Below, in pieces: positions 1-9,841 of a DNA stretch of 64,000 nt (its first letter is position 1; each line of letters starts with the position of its first letter). The translations under genes and the position numbers were made by a program. This DNA is from a bacterium (lineage in GTDB: Bacteria; Patescibacteriota; Minisyncoccia; Phycocordibacterales; Zambryskibacteraceae). The notes under the pieces are model-generated. The model was given only the letters and a program-made list of their open reading frames with translations, was not told the origin of the DNA and made no database searches. The DNA lies in NCBI GenBank assembly GCA_030650605.1, contig JAUSDP010000020.1:13486-77485 (forward strand), written 5' to 3'.

Positions 1-489
1 CACTTCCCCAAGCCGCAATACTAACTCTGGCGCTCCGCCAAGAATTAACGGGTAAGCGTCGGCAAACTTCCGTGACCATGGTTCGATGCTACTGATTCTC
101 GCCGTAGCGACAACAGAACTCACTCCACTCAAGTAAACGCACACACGATCGCCTGCATCGACAACGACCCGACCTGGCGTGTGCTCCCATAATGGCCAAA
201 AACCGGCATCAAGGAGCCGCTTCGCAGCGGCCATCGCATCAACGCGTGCACCGGATTTTGCATCGTGGTCAGAACTCTTGATGAGGGCGAAATGCATCGC
301 GCCTGTTGCATCTGCTCGCCCCGACTTTTCACGCGCTCTCACACGCGCCAATTCACGCTTGTTAGTTCCGCAGCGTACGCATGCGTTTTCCTCGCGAAAT
401 AGATGGCTCCTGAACATCCGATCTACGTTACCTCCGCTGCCAGGATCACACCACATTCGTTTAACGGCTACTTCTGTCGACTCATTCAT
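1..489 (-). CDS. hypothetical protein, 5' partial at window edge (possible PUA/EVE-like fold); ATG overlaps upstream stop (ATGA)
   Basis: Manual minus-strand translation from ATG (revcomp 487-489) runs stop-free to position 1; not in the ORF track because it is incomplete; balanced composition. Confidence 0.35.
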   Translation of the reverse strand, partial: MNESTEVAVKRMWCDPGSGGNVDRMFRSHLFREENACVRCGTNKRELARVRAREKSGRADATGAMHFALIKSSDHDAKSGARVDAMAAAKRLLDAGFWPLWEHTPGRVVVDAGDRVCVYLSGVSSVVATARISSIEPWSRKFADAYPLILGGAPELVLRLGEV

Positions 490-941
490 GCGTTGCTTCC
501 CCTTTCGTCGCGCATCGAAGGTAATTTTTTCGAAAAACTCGCTGCAATTTCCTCAACTGACGGAATCGCTTCACCTGGTGCTGGAAATTCCAATACGTCG
601 ATCAGATTGCCATTGGCGGCAAAAACCTCCGACTCGACAACGCGACTATCTCCAGTACCAGCAAAATAACCAATGAATTCATGGCTTAAGCCTGAACAAT
701 TAAATACACGATTTTCTTGGTCATACTCAACCTTGAGTGTTTTAGCGAATCGCTTTTCTGACCCGATAGCAAAATCAAAATCTTGAGGCGTTTCCAATTG
801 CTCGTAACCTGGCTGGCAGCACTCCACTCCCGCAACGCCGCATGGAAATAGATCGTCAATTTTACAGCCACATTCGTCACTGAAAAGTCCGTCGAAGCCA
901 TTTTCTGTCAAATGTTTGATGGTGATTTTCTTCACGTCCAT
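486..941 (-). CDS. hypothetical Cys-rich protein
   Basis: 151-aa ORF; opposite-strand ORFs 179-676 and 403-669 are R/S-rich shadows. Confidence 0.4.
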   Translation of the reverse strand: MDVKKITIKHLTENGFDGLFSDECGCKIDDLFPCGVAGVECCQPGYEQLETPQDFDFAIGSEKRFAKTLKVEYDQENRVFNCSGLSHEFIGYFAGTGDSRVVESEVFAANGNLIDVLEFPAPGEAIPSVEEIAASFSKKLPSMRDERGSNA

Positions 942-1439
942 ATTTTTCTGTTCTATATTTGGTTAGTTAAACACTCAGGTCGGTTTGCGAATTTGTGCAA
1001 GTTTATATATTTCGCAATTTCAGAGTCATTGGCTTCTGCAAATTCAACGTCATCAGCACCACAATTAGGACAGACTCCGCGAGAACCATATTCATCCTCG
1101 ATGCCGCTTAGTATCTCAGTATCGTTACCAACCCAATCGCAATCAGCACAGTGAATTTTCCGTATGCGTGCATCATGACTCCTCTATCACAATTGGAACA
1201 TCCACCCAGGTCTCTTGCCCTAAAGAGTCGCTAACTAGGCACTGTAGGACCTTTGAGTTGGCATTTTTTAGTAGTCTCTGCTTACACACCATCAGAGAGT
1301 CGTCCGTCCGGTCTCGTTCGGCCAGAACGTCATCAGGCGTTACTACTTGCGTCACTACCAGCCATCTCAGCTTCATAGTCTTCTCTTATTTCTGATGATT
1401 TCTACCTCTACCGCCACCCGAAGATCGTTTTCCATTGAT

Positions 1440-1874
1440 CTAATCACAGTTCCATCCAAGTACCAGTATTACTGCACCTTCAGGAATGTCAACGTCAGAA
1501 ATTCCAAGATGATTCAAATTGGCAGAGGTTGCCTCCAGCGGATAAACGGCCTGTTGAAACAGATCCATACCACCCTCAACCAAACCAAATGTAGACAGAA
1601 AGCTGCCGTAAGCATCACGGTGTTCTTGCTTGATGTCCCAGTCCAAATTCTGCGGATCGCATGACTTGCAGAACTCTTCGTCCGTAATGCGGCTTATGAT
1701 TTTCAGACCCTGCGTAGATGGACTTAATGTTTTCACATAGCCAGACAAATAGTCGAGTCGGAATCCGTTACATGCATGTCCGCTCAGACGTTCCCATCCC
1801 TCAACATCAGAAATCGAATTCTTAAATAAGACTAGGCCCGGTGCATCGTTGTTCGGCATTTCATATTGCTGCAT
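1440..1874 (-). CDS. hypothetical protein (start chosen at MQQYEM with GAGGA RBS)
   Basis: ORF 1440-1913; internal ATG preceded by GAGGA 7 nt upstream. Confidence 0.4.
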   Translation of the reverse strand: MQQYEMPNNDAPGLVLFKNSISDVEGWERLSGHACNGFRLDYLSGYVKTLSPSTQGLKIISRITDEEFCKSCDPQNLDWDIKQEHRDAYGSFLSTFGLVEGGMDLFQQAVYPLEATSANLNHLGISDVDIPEGAVILVLGWNCD

Positions 1875-1884
1875 GCAATTATCC

Positions 1885-2091
1885 TCAGTCCAAGTTCTGC
1901 AAATTAATGCCACGCTCTTTGTTCACAATTCGCAAATTTTCTTTGTCGTAATCGTCAAGCTCTGCGCAATTCGCGTGCGTTAATCCAGCCTCGCGCAAAA
2001 TGTCGGCGGCAATAACTGGTGTCCTAGATGTCGCTTGGACAATTGCTGCAGCGAATAAAATACCTTTTGCAAATTCGGTGAGTTCTTCCAC
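1885..2091 (-). CDS. hypothetical small protein
   Basis: 68-aa ORF in a co-directional string. Confidence 0.3.
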   Translation of the reverse strand: MEELTEFAKGILFAAAIVQATSRTPVIAADILREAGLTHANCAELDDYDKENLRIVNKERGINLQNLD

Positions 2092-2119
2092 GGCGATTTT
2101 TCCTTCGGTTTCACTATAC

Positions 2120-2362
2120 TTATATGCTTTTCAGCATTGTGGCTGCCAGCCCGTGTTGGATAACATTTGTTGCGCGTTCTAAATCTGCCGCACTATTCGC
2201 AAACATCAGCACATGTACTGTGCCTGTTTCGGTATCGACCGGTGAAATTCGTGGCAGGATATGAGCAGAATTTACTACCACTCCTACCGGCAAACTTTTA
2301 AACAAGGCCGTAAGAGCACTTTCAAATTCAGGTCCGTATTTAAGTTCTTTTGGGTCGTTCAT
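2120..2362 (-). CDS. hypothetical small protein
   Basis: 80-aa ORF, co-directional. Confidence 0.3.
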   Translation of the reverse strand: MNDPKELKYGPEFESALTALFKSLPVGVVVNSAHILPRISPVDTETGTVHVLMFANSAADLERATNVIQHGLAATMLKSI

Positions 2363-2372
2363 ATTTGTCCTT

Positions 2373-2651
2373 TTAGTCCGCTATCATTTCAGAGAGTCTG
2401 GCAAGAACTTTGCGAGCGAAGATTGGAGCCGATTTTTTTGCTTCTTCTATCGTTTTAAAGCCGCCCGTTGTAAAACATAAATAGTGCAAATCAAATGCGC
2501 CGTTATCGTCCGTTACCGCCATCATTTCCTGACCGCCAAAACGAGCTACTTGCATAAGATTTGGTTTATCTCCAAACCATACTTGTTGAGGCATTCCAAA
2601 GGCAATTTGGCCTGTACCGTCAATATCGAGTTGCATGCTTTTTCCGATCAA
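2373..2651 (-). CDS. hypothetical protein
   Basis: 92-aa ORF. Confidence 0.35.
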   Translation of the reverse strand: MIGKSMQLDIDGTGQIAFGMPQQVWFGDKPNLMQVARFGGQEMMAVTDDNGAFDLHYLCFTTGGFKTIEEAKKSAPIFARKVLARLSEMIAD

Positions 2652-2845
2652 TGGCGCAATTGAAAAACCGCGAGACTAAACACTGCGATACCAATAACCG
2701 CGCCGATGACAAGATTCGCGGACGAGACACGTGGATCAACATCCACGAACATTGGGAAAAGAGACGTAATCGTAAGCATAGGGCCGCTAACTAGTCCATT
2801 TTTTGCGATGCTTCGGCGCTCCTGGTTCGTGTTTTTTGTTTTCAT
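2648..2845 (-). CDS. small membrane protein (start at MKTKNT; the longer 2648-2959 version overlaps a better-supported small ORF)
   Basis: C-terminal hydrophobic helix GAVIGIAVFSLAVF; ATG 10 nt after the stop of the 58-aa ORF. Confidence 0.3.
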   Translation of the reverse strand: MKTKNTNQERRSIAKNGLVSGPMLTITSLFPMFVDVDPRVSSANLVIGAVIGIAVFSLAVFQLRH

Positions 2846-2855
2846 ATTTTTCCGT

Positions 2856-3032
2856 TCAATTATCGTTAAACCATTCGCCAGCGGTAATTGCTGCTGACTC
2901 ACTACCATTAAATTCACGCTCAAACCAATCCGTATGATCTGGAACCACATGTTTTGCATCTAAGACGGGAAAGCCCAATTGAATCAACTCGCGTTCAACC
3001 GCCGCTACCCACGAATCCCAGCTCATACGCAT
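2856..3032 (-). CDS. hypothetical 58-aa protein, first gene downstream of promoter A1
   Basis: Not in the track (<60 aa); ATG preceded by AAGGGAAG RBS; stop-free 58 codons (MRMSWDSWVAAVERELIQLGF...). Confidence 0.35.
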   Translation of the reverse strand: MRMSWDSWVAAVERELIQLGFPVLDAKHVVPDHTDWFEREFNGSESAAITAGEWFNDN

Positions 3033-3070
3033 GTCGCTTCCCTTTAACTTAAATCTTGTTAAGATAATTG

Positions 3071-3098
3071 ATTATAGTTCGTAGATTGATACTGTCAA
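3071..3098 (-). promoter_or_regulatory. consensus sigma70 promoter A1 (TTGACA-16 nt-TATAAT) reading leftward
   Basis: Reverse complement of 3071-3098 = TTGACAgtatcaatctacgaacTATAAT; near-identical copy at 4492-4520. Confidence 0.5.
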
Positions 3099-3382
3099 GC
3101 GTTATTTGAATCAATATCCGAACTAATTGCACGAAGTGCCGCCGCTTTATTTAACACGCCCCAGGAAGTAATCGAATACACCGGACCAACTTTCTCAATG
3201 CCGACTAAAAAGAACTTTGAAGCACTCTCCAGTGCACGACTGGCCTCAAGCCGCGTGCAATGTATGTCTTGCGCGATATAGTGCGCTGTGGCCCGTTCCT
3301 TTAGCCTTTCAACGGCAAACAGCGCTACTAGGTAGCGCCGTGGATCGTACTTTTCAAAATCCTTGTAATTGGCGGTCGCCAT
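3095..3382 (-). CDS. hypothetical protein
   Basis: 95-aa ORF. Confidence 0.4.
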   Translation of the reverse strand: MATANYKDFEKYDPRRYLVALFAVERLKERATAHYIAQDIHCTRLEASRALESASKFFLVGIEKVGPVYSITSWGVLNKAAALRAISSDIDSNNA

Positions 3383-3400
3383 ACTAAAACTTTTCCATGA

Positions 3401-3640
3401 TCAAATTTCTGTCACGATAAGGTCATGCAAAGAATTGAATTCAACTTTGAGTTTCTGCTGCCTGGCGAGTTCCAGCCACCTTGCTGCCGTTGCCGATTTG
3501 TCGATCATTGGGTTCTGGTGATATCGGTCTACTGCATTAAGCCACTGTAGAACATTTGTACCAGTGAACAAGCGCACTATATCTGCCAACGACTGTTCAA
3601 GTGAATTGCTAAGCGCAAGCAAGTTATGCATTTCGTTCAT
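3401..3640 (-). CDS. hypothetical protein
   Basis: 79-aa ORF. Confidence 0.4.
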   Translation of the reverse strand: MNEMHNLLALSNSLEQSLADIVRLFTGTNVLQWLNAVDRYHQNPMIDKSATAARWLELARQQKLKVEFNSLHDLIVTEI

Positions 3641-3824
3641 GTTTTTCCTTTAATTGGCTGGGCGCAAACGATAGATGTCATCAAAAAGCGATTCTAGGTC
3701 TGCACGTGTGCCGCGAATTTTATCTATAACTTCCTTAGACCAATCAAAATATTCAATGAATCGACTAAGCTGCCAACCAATAGTTTCCCTTGATATTTAT
3801 TCTTAGTAGAGCAGTCTGACTCAT

Positions 3825-4080
3825 TTATTGAGGGGGATCTCCAAACTCGGATAACAAAGCAGTTTTTCTACCCAATGGAGCATTGCGGTGCTGAGGCTCC
3901 TGTAATTCACTATTACATTTTCTGCAGTAACCTGACGCCTTACCCTTGGTACCTTTATCTGACCAGGTAAAATAGAATTTCTTATACGTTGGATTCGCAT
4001 CAGTAATTACTTCGCCATTACCGCATTCACAGTGCAGCCCGCCAACGTCGCGATAAATTATTAAAGCGTTTTTACTCATA
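3825..4080 (-). CDS. zinc-ribbon-like small protein (start at MSKNAL with GGAG RBS)
   Basis: CxC...CxxC cysteines (HCECGNGE ... CRKCNSE); GGAG 4 nt before the ATG. Confidence 0.4.
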
Positions 4081-4170
4081 AAATCTCCAAACTTTTTTTT
4101 AAGGTTCCAAATTTCTTTAAATGAGTAATCCAAAAGCCAAATTGCCTTTTGATCTCTGGATATGCAAAAT

Positions 4171-4440
4171 TTAATTGACTCTAATTGCAAATACTTTTAC
4201 TGGTTCATTGCCGAAATGTGGGTGAACAATATCTCTCACCTCATATCCTTGCCATTTTCGAACGATAATTCGACTCGTGTCGGAATTACGAGGATAAGCC
4301 CATTTAATGAAAATTCGATCAAATGTCTTACCCTCTATTCGCTTTGCCCATTTTTCGTATAGCCGAAATTCGTCCGGTTTTGTGCCGGCTTTGATCTGTT
4401 GAAAGTACTCTCCTTTTACATGAAGATGAAGATCAGCCAT
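4171..4440 (-). CDS. hypothetical protein, possibly ASCH/PUA-like
   Basis: 89-aa ORF with AGGA RBS; first gene after promoter A2. Confidence 0.4.
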   Translation of the reverse strand: MADLHLHVKGEYFQQIKAGTKPDEFRLYEKWAKRIEGKTFDRIFIKWAYPRNSDTSRIIVRKWQGYEVRDIVHPHFGNEPVKVFAIRVN

Positions 4441-4491
4441 ATTTTTCCTAGTTATTCCAATGACGGGATTCTCGAATACATCTAATTACAG

Positions 4492-4520
4492 ATAATATAG
4501 TTCGTAGGTTGATACTGTCA
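4492..4520 (-). promoter_or_regulatory. sigma70 promoter A2 (TTGACA-17 nt-TATATT), second copy of the A1 module
   Basis: Reverse complement = TTGACAgtatcaacctacgaacTATATT; about 30 bp near-identical to 3071-3098. Confidence 0.5.
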
Positions 4521-4663
4521 ACCGATATTTTTCCAAACGTTCGGATTAATTTGACGCGATGCGGTTGATCCTATTAAGTTATACGTAACTTGATCATTTG
4601 GGACTGCACGTTGTCCTAAATATGCCGTTTTTCACATTGCATAACGTGTCATATCCCGAGTAC

Positions 4664-4691
4664 TTGACTCGGTTAAATTCTTCTGTATATT
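4664..4691 (+). promoter_or_regulatory. candidate sigma70 promoter (TTGACT-16-TATATT), divergent from A2
   Basis: TTGACTcggttaaattcttctgTATATT upstream of the plus-strand ORF. Confidence 0.35.
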
Positions 4692-4723
4692 GGTATGCAT
4701 CAGCAATAATTATTAGGATTATC

Positions 4724-5065
4724 ATGAACGCTCCAGACTATAGTAGTATGTGGACGAACCAATTGGCGGCGACCAATCGTGCCAACAACGATGCTGCAAC
4801 TTGGGAAGAAAATTCCCAAGAATGGAGTAAATATGCGAAGCAGATGGAAGCAAAGTTAAACTGGGTGACAGAGCAAAAAAGTGGTGTTAACGCCGTTCGT
4901 ACAGCATTACTTGAGGAACTAGGCAAAAATTTGCCGCAACATTCTTTGAATAAATTGGAAAATAGAATGTCTATTTTTTTTGATGGTGTAAATCAAGATA
5001 GACAAGAGCGCGGTTTAAGAGCGCTCACTCGTGATGAGTTCAATGAAAAAAAATATTTTGGATAA
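4724..5065 (+). CDS. hypothetical protein (start at MNAPDY after AGGA RBS)
   Basis: ORF 4598-5065 with internal RBS-supported ATG; followed by a strong terminator. Confidence 0.45.
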   Translation: MNAPDYSSMWTNQLAATNRANNDAATWEENSQEWSKYAKQMEAKLNWVTEQKSGVNAVRTALLEELGKNLPQHSLNKLENRMSIFFDGVNQDRQERGLRALTRDEFNEKKYFG

Positions 5066-5084
5066 TTGAAAAAATTAGAATCTA

Positions 5085-5118
5085 AAAATCCACTCAAAAT
5101 CGAGTGGATTTTTATTTT
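5085..5118. terminator. bidirectional rho-independent terminator
   Basis: 8-bp stem ATCCACTC/GAGTGGAT, 6-nt loop, T-run on both strands; sits between convergent genes. Confidence 0.6.
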
Positions 5119-5121
5119 GGA

Positions 5122-7305
5122 TTATCCGCTTACTGGCTTTCCGATTCCGCCAGTTGGCGGGCTTTCTCCGCTAGGTTTGGTCGCACTTTTTGATACCCTA
5201 CCTGGCTGCATACCTCCACGAATCTGAACGACACCCGCAGTAAAATGGCTTTTGGCTCGATCGTCCGTATCTTTTCCTATTGTCCCACTTACATGTCCGC
5301 CGACCCATGAAATTACCTGGTCCGGGATGATATGAATCAGGTTGAAGCAACCGTGAATAAGGGTTAAAACCAGAGATACGAAAACAAAGACAAAACCAAC
5401 GAACATGACAAATCCTGTCGTGCTGTTGAACTGTGCGTTTGCCATCGCTGGCGCAAACAACACCAAGAGAACTGATCCCAATACTTTCACGGCATACGAT
5501 GCGCCGAAAAATCCAAACACCATCAAAGATGGGCGCAGTAATACTCCAAACAAAAACAGATAGGCATGTTGCGATCTCTGGCCCATACCATCACCTTCTG
5601 CTTCCAAATGTGCAAATGCACCTACTGGCGCGGCGATAAGACCCTCAAGGACATTGGCGAACCATGCCATGATGCCACCGAACCAAATAATAAACGGCAG
5701 CATCGGAATGTAGACGGCCAGTGTAATTCCGAATGCAAATAGTCCGACAATAGCCATGACTGCAAAGGGTGAAAATGCATCAAGAGCACCCTTTGCTATG
5801 CCTCTAAGTGCACCGGCTCCGACAAAGTCGGCTGCCATGCCAATTACAGAGCTTTTGGCGCCTTCTGCGGCACCAACCGTAATATGCGCTGCCGTGTACC
5901 CGCCTACGGCGGCGCTGCCCATCCAAATTAGTCCGTCACCCAAATCCTTGAACTCAATAATTGGGTTGACGACGCCGTTCCCAGTAATCGTCCATCTGGC
6001 CACCATATTAGTAATGGTTTGACCAGGGCTATGAAAAAGCTTGGAAATAATTCCGTCTTCACCGGCAACAGCCGCATCTTTATTAAAGTGCTGAACATTC
6101 GCCAGGTTTTTCAATGCGGCTTTGTACGTATCACTATAGGCAAATTTGTCGGGATCCTGCGGCGCGGTGATCCCTGTTTTTCCTCCCGCTACCGCCGTAA
6201 TTGTATCGCCAATGACTGCCAGCGATTGATAAAATGATCCCAATGCCATCCAGCCCTTATTTGTAATCTCTGCTGTAATCCGGCTCATTGCTGCGTTGGA
6301 CAGCGACGAAGCTTTTGTTGATAACGCGTTCGTCACGATTTGCTCATAAATCGTGGCCGCAGCATCAAATTTCGCCTGAAAATCGATGGATCCGTTGCCG
6401 CTGATGGTCGAGTTAAGATAATCTTGGGCGAGTTGTTGCATGGAAGCGTTCATGGACGCTAATGCCGCCTTATGAGCGGCCTTCGCATCCACCACAATCG
6501 ACGACACATCGATGATATTGGAATTTGAACTCATCTCTGTCAAAGTGATCCTGACGCTTCCGCACGCGCCATCGCCTCCCGATGTTACAGGTGCCTGGCG
6601 GGAATAGCTGTAGTCCAACATATCGGCAGAATTGAATAAGGAAACATTTGTCTCCGGGCCGCCAATGTTCCCATTGATGTCTACGGAATTACTGCTTGCC
6701 ATTGAATTATCGTTTGCCACAGCCAGCATGCATAGATTTGAATTAAACATTGCCTTTGCTGTTTCTTGTGCATTCTGATGAATGACCGCTGATGCAGTGT
6801 TGAATCCGCCAAGTGATGACAGCGCTGCGGCCACTACCAAATTTGCCATGCCAATTCCCATTTTGGCAAAATACATCATGATTACTTGGGCGCCACAGTA
6901 ACCGCCAAACATCGGGACCAGAGTTGAAATACCTACGATGAACCGAATGGGAAACCAGATTGTTGAGAATCGCTGTCCCATGAATTCGCCTCCCTCTGCC
7001 GTTTGGACGGTTGCTGCCGTCACGTTATAGGCAAACCAGAAGATGCCAACAGCCAATAAGGCGGCATTGAAAGTACCGAACATGGTGCCGAGTGTTGTCC
7101 CAGATCCGGACCCTGGCAGTCCAGGTGTTTGGTAGAACGTTTCTCCAAAGGCTTCAGCGAGTACGCGTCCGGCGAGATCGGTTCCATTGCTAGCTGCATT
7201 GAGCATGCCGGACGCCGTTACACTTTGCGCTACCGCTAAGCCGCAACTTGCCATTAGCAGCAGAAATGGGATGAGATTTTTTCTTTGGAAAATGTGATGG
7301 CGCAT
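5122..7305 (-). CDS. TrbL/VirB6-like type IV secretion inner-membrane protein (extended form)
   Basis: Signal peptide, about 400-aa hydrophilic domain, then at least 6 TM helices and a Gly/Pro-rich C-terminal tail (PTGGIGKPVSG), typical of TrbL/VirB6. Confidence 0.5.
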   Translation of the reverse strand: MRHHIFQRKNLIPFLLLMASCGLAVAQSVTASGMLNAASNGTDLAGRVLAEAFGETFYQTPGLPGSGSGTTLGTMFGTFNAALLAVGIFWFAYNVTAATVQTAEGGEFMGQRFSTIWFPIRFIVGISTLVPMFGGYCGAQVIMMYFAKMGIGMANLVVAAALSSLGGFNTASAVIHQNAQETAKAMFNSNLCMLAVANDNSMASSNSVDINGNIGGPETNVSLFNSADMLDYSYSRQAPVTSGGDGACGSVRITLTEMSSNSNIIDVSSIVVDAKAAHKAALASMNASMQQLAQDYLNSTISGNGSIDFQAKFDAAATIYEQIVTNALSTKASSLSNAAMSRITAEITNKGWMALGSFYQSLAVIGDTITAVAGGKTGITAPQDPDKFAYSDTYKAALKNLANVQHFNKDAAVAGEDGIISKLFHSPGQTITNMVARWTITGNGVVNPIIEFKDLGDGLIWMGSAAVGGYTAAHITVGAAEGAKSSVIGMAADFVGAGALRGIAKGALDAFSPFAVMAIVGLFAFGITLAVYIPMLPFIIWFGGIMAWFANVLEGLIAAPVGAFAHLEAEGDGMGQRSQHAYLFLFGVLLRPSLMVFGFFGASYAVKVLGSVLLVLFAPAMANAQFNSTTGFVMFVGFVFVFVSLVLTLIHGCFNLIHIIPDQVISWVGGHVSGTIGKDTDDRAKSHFTAGVVQIRGGMQPGRVSKSATKPSGESPPTGGIGKPVSG

Positions 7306-7313
7306 GGCTATTA

Positions 7314-7709
7314 TTACCTTGGAATCATTGCTGTTGCGGGATCCAGTTGATCTTCTGGAGAAATTGCCAGACTGTCGCGAGGCGCAATATCGATTGGCGT
7401 TGAAATCATGTCTAATGCACCAAGCACCGCAATGCCGGCCGACGCCAGGCTGAATGCGCAGCTGGCTCCCGACATGGCTTCCATACCAGAAATAGCGGTT
7501 TCTGCGACCTCCGCTCTATTCCCGTTGGTCGCCTTTTCCGCTTTGGCCGCGAGCTGTTGCTGCTGAAAATGAATAGATGTTGGATTTAGCGTCACCGCCC
7601 CAGATTGCGCGTTAGATGGCAAGTTTCGCTTTTGTACAGCAAGATCGCGAATATTTGCAGCAATTTCAGGGTTAATTGTTTTAGTGAGTTCGTTTTTTGG
7701 AATAGGCAT
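7314..7709 (-). CDS. hypothetical protein
   Basis: 131-aa ORF upstream of the TrbL-like gene. Confidence 0.35.
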   Translation of the reverse strand: MPIPKNELTKTINPEIAANIRDLAVQKRNLPSNAQSGAVTLNPTSIHFQQQQLAAKAEKATNGNRAEVAETAISGMEAMSGASCAFSLASAGIAVLGALDMISTPIDIAPRDSLAISPEDQLDPATAMIPR

Positions 7710-7717
7710 GGTATCTC

Positions 7718-8368
7718 TTACATTTTTGGTTGATCGGAATGTTCTGGCGAATCGGCAATTTTGGTTATATCCAAGTGCAATTTAAATGAATAGGCGATGT
7801 AATTCTCGTCTTCATTTAATTCATCGCCCTGCGCATCGCATACCGAAAATTCAAAATTTTCAGGAGCCGCGACCGGGACACTACTGTGAAATGTATCCAG
7901 TGCTACACCTGCATAATCTTTCAATGGTAGGTTTGAAGGTAACTGCACTTCATAAACGCCCGCTACCTTCAGGTCGTCCACATCCAAATTTTCGCTGGAC
8001 GAAATTTGGATAACGTGAACAGTCACATAAATCGGAGGCTTTACCATACCTCCCTGCGAAACTAACAACGGAGGTGGCAAAAAACCGGCAGGTTTGTCAT
8101 TTAGTCGATAATCACCGTCCGCTTGAATGCTTGCAATTATTTGCATTGCATAGTCTTTAGCAAGTTCGGGTGTTTTACGATACGACAATTGTCTGTCGTC
8201 TACAAAAACAGGATATCCATCTTCGCAACCATGGCCGACAGACCAATCGTGCAGCCCAACTTCACCGCGCATCATATTGGTTTCGCTTGGAATCATAAAT
8301 GGGCCAATTTGTGAACCTGGAGCTGCTTTCGCACATATAAGCGCGTCTGGGCCGAGGTTTTCAATCAT
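7718..8368 (-). CDS. hypothetical protein
   Basis: 216-aa ORF. Confidence 0.4.
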   Translation of the reverse strand: MIENLGPDALICAKAAPGSQIGPFMIPSETNMMRGEVGLHDWSVGHGCEDGYPVFVDDRQLSYRKTPELAKDYAMQIIASIQADGDYRLNDKPAGFLPPPLLVSQGGMVKPPIYVTVHVIQISSSENLDVDDLKVAGVYEVQLPSNLPLKDYAGVALDTFHSSVPVAAPENFEFSVCDAQGDELNEDENYIAYSFKLHLDITKIADSPEHSDQPKM

Positions 8369-8569
8369 TTAAGCCTCCGATTTATACTCAGCATTGATTG
8401 CGCAAGCATCGCGTGCAAGCTGTTCAGTTTCGCCAGAAAAATTGTCACATGTACCGAGTCCACTGATTTGAAACGTGCGCATAACTTTCTCTCTTTATTG
8501 TCCGTAGGTATAATACCATACGAATATAAATGTCTATGTTTTCTAATCCCCCTAATCACAGGAAATCAA

Positions 8570-9223
8570 ATGTTAAATCACCAAACTACACAACGAATGA
8601 TGCTATTAGACGATTGGATGAACGAATTTCAGCCTATCGCCAATCCAAATGATGAAGGTGAATGGATGTGCCAGACGGTAAATGGACTCACTGCTGGGCT
8701 ATTCAATTTGAATCATCCGAGGGATCGAACGTTTGTCGCCCTATGGGAGCAGGATCATCCCGACTGCGTTTGGACCGTCACCGCTGAAGGATATGACGAG
8801 AGTATTTCAAACGGTCGTTGTCAGGTTAATTATGGCAATACACTATTAACGCGAATCCCGTGCCCGTTTGATTCCATGATTACGGTAGAAACGATGGATG
8901 ACGACGACCGTTTTATGATGGCATTGAACGACGGAAATGTTGAAAAGATTACAGAATATCTTAATTCTGGAAAGGCTCTCCCATTTGGTCAAATGGATCC
9001 AGATCACGTTCTTGCGATCGCTCGGGAGACTGATGGCGATCAACCTATGCAACAAGAAGCAGCCGATTTATTGCACCGCTTGATTGCTGCAGGAAGTCTT
9101 GCCGCAAATTCTCCATATGGTCATGATAGATTTCTTGTGGACGTGCTTACCGAAGAAGGATACGAGTGGGCCGCGAACGCACTCGATGGATCAGTTAGTT
9201 CCAGGCAAACCGCGCCTGGCTAA
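8570..9223 (+). CDS. hypothetical protein (start at MLNHQTT with AGGAAA RBS)
   Basis: ORF 8468-9223; internal RBS-supported ATG. Confidence 0.45.
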   Translation: MLNHQTTQRMMLLDDWMNEFQPIANPNDEGEWMCQTVNGLTAGLFNLNHPRDRTFVALWEQDHPDCVWTVTAEGYDESISNGRCQVNYGNTLLTRIPCPFDSMITVETMDDDDRFMMALNDGNVEKITEYLNSGKALPFGQMDPDHVLAIARETDGDQPMQQEAADLLHRLIAAGSLAANSPYGHDRFLVDVLTEEGYEWAANALDGSVSSRQTAPG

Positions 9224-9239
9224 CTTAGATTAATACTTC

Positions 9240-9560
9240 TTAGCGAATACGTTTGAGCGTAACCATAGGATTTTTTGCGGTATTGCGATCAACCATCGTG
9301 TAGCGGATCGCGGCCCCTTTCATCACACCATCCGTGTATGTCACTGTGACGATATTTCCATCAATGTGGTAACTGACGTGTTCAATCATTCCCATTGCTT
9401 CGGTCTCGCCATGGCGGAATACTACTTTGAAGGGAAGCGGACCTATTGCATTCCATTCGCCCTCTAGTGGCCCCGGCGATTTGCCACATCCGGCCAGGAA
9501 GATTAACAGTGTCATGCCTAAGCAGAATTTACTCAAAGATTTCATTGGTTTAGTTGGCAT
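9240..9560 (-). CDS. lipoprotein
   Basis: Lipobox LAGC after a hydrophobic signal sequence. Confidence 0.5.
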   Translation of the reverse strand: MPTKPMKSLSKFCLGMTLLIFLAGCGKSPGPLEGEWNAIGPLPFKVVFRHGETEAMGMIEHVSYHIDGNIVTVTYTDGVMKGAAIRYTMVDRNTAKNPMVTLKRIR

Positions 9561-9841
9561 CAAGTTTGTGCATCAATTTTTGCGTAAAGAGAGTTTATCT
9601 CTTCTTGCATCATCATATTTTCTTGGTCGTTAGCATCCATCTCGTCAGACAGGACACTAATTCGATCAAGCATTTCTTGCTTAGTCGGTTTTGGTGCAAG
9701 TGACGATGAGCTAGAAGCTATGGGCAAAGTCCCACAAAAACCTTGTGAGATCTTCACTGTCGTATTTATAGGAACATCTGGCAGTCCTTTCAAATGTGCG
9801 TTCTTGTATCCTAGCGATTCAACATTAATTGTTTTCATCAA
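9560..9841 (-). CDS. hypothetical protein
   Basis: 93-aa ORF coupled to neighbours. Confidence 0.35.
   Translation of the reverse strand: MMKTINVESLGYKNAHLKGLPDVPINTTVKISQGFCGTLPIASSSSSLAPKPTKQEMLDRISVLSDEMDANDQENMMMQEEINSLYAKIDAQT

Noticed and set aside
179-676. Plus-strand ORFs 179-676 and 403-669
   Set aside because: They are Arg/Ser-rich antisense shadows of well-formed minus-strand genes (1-489 and 486-941) and have no RBS.
950-1175. Minus-strand zinc-ribbon-like reading frame (HCADCDW ... CPNCG)
   Set aside because: There is no in-frame ATG, GTG or TTG start after the upstream stop, so it cannot be supported as a gene. It could be a frameshifted remnant.
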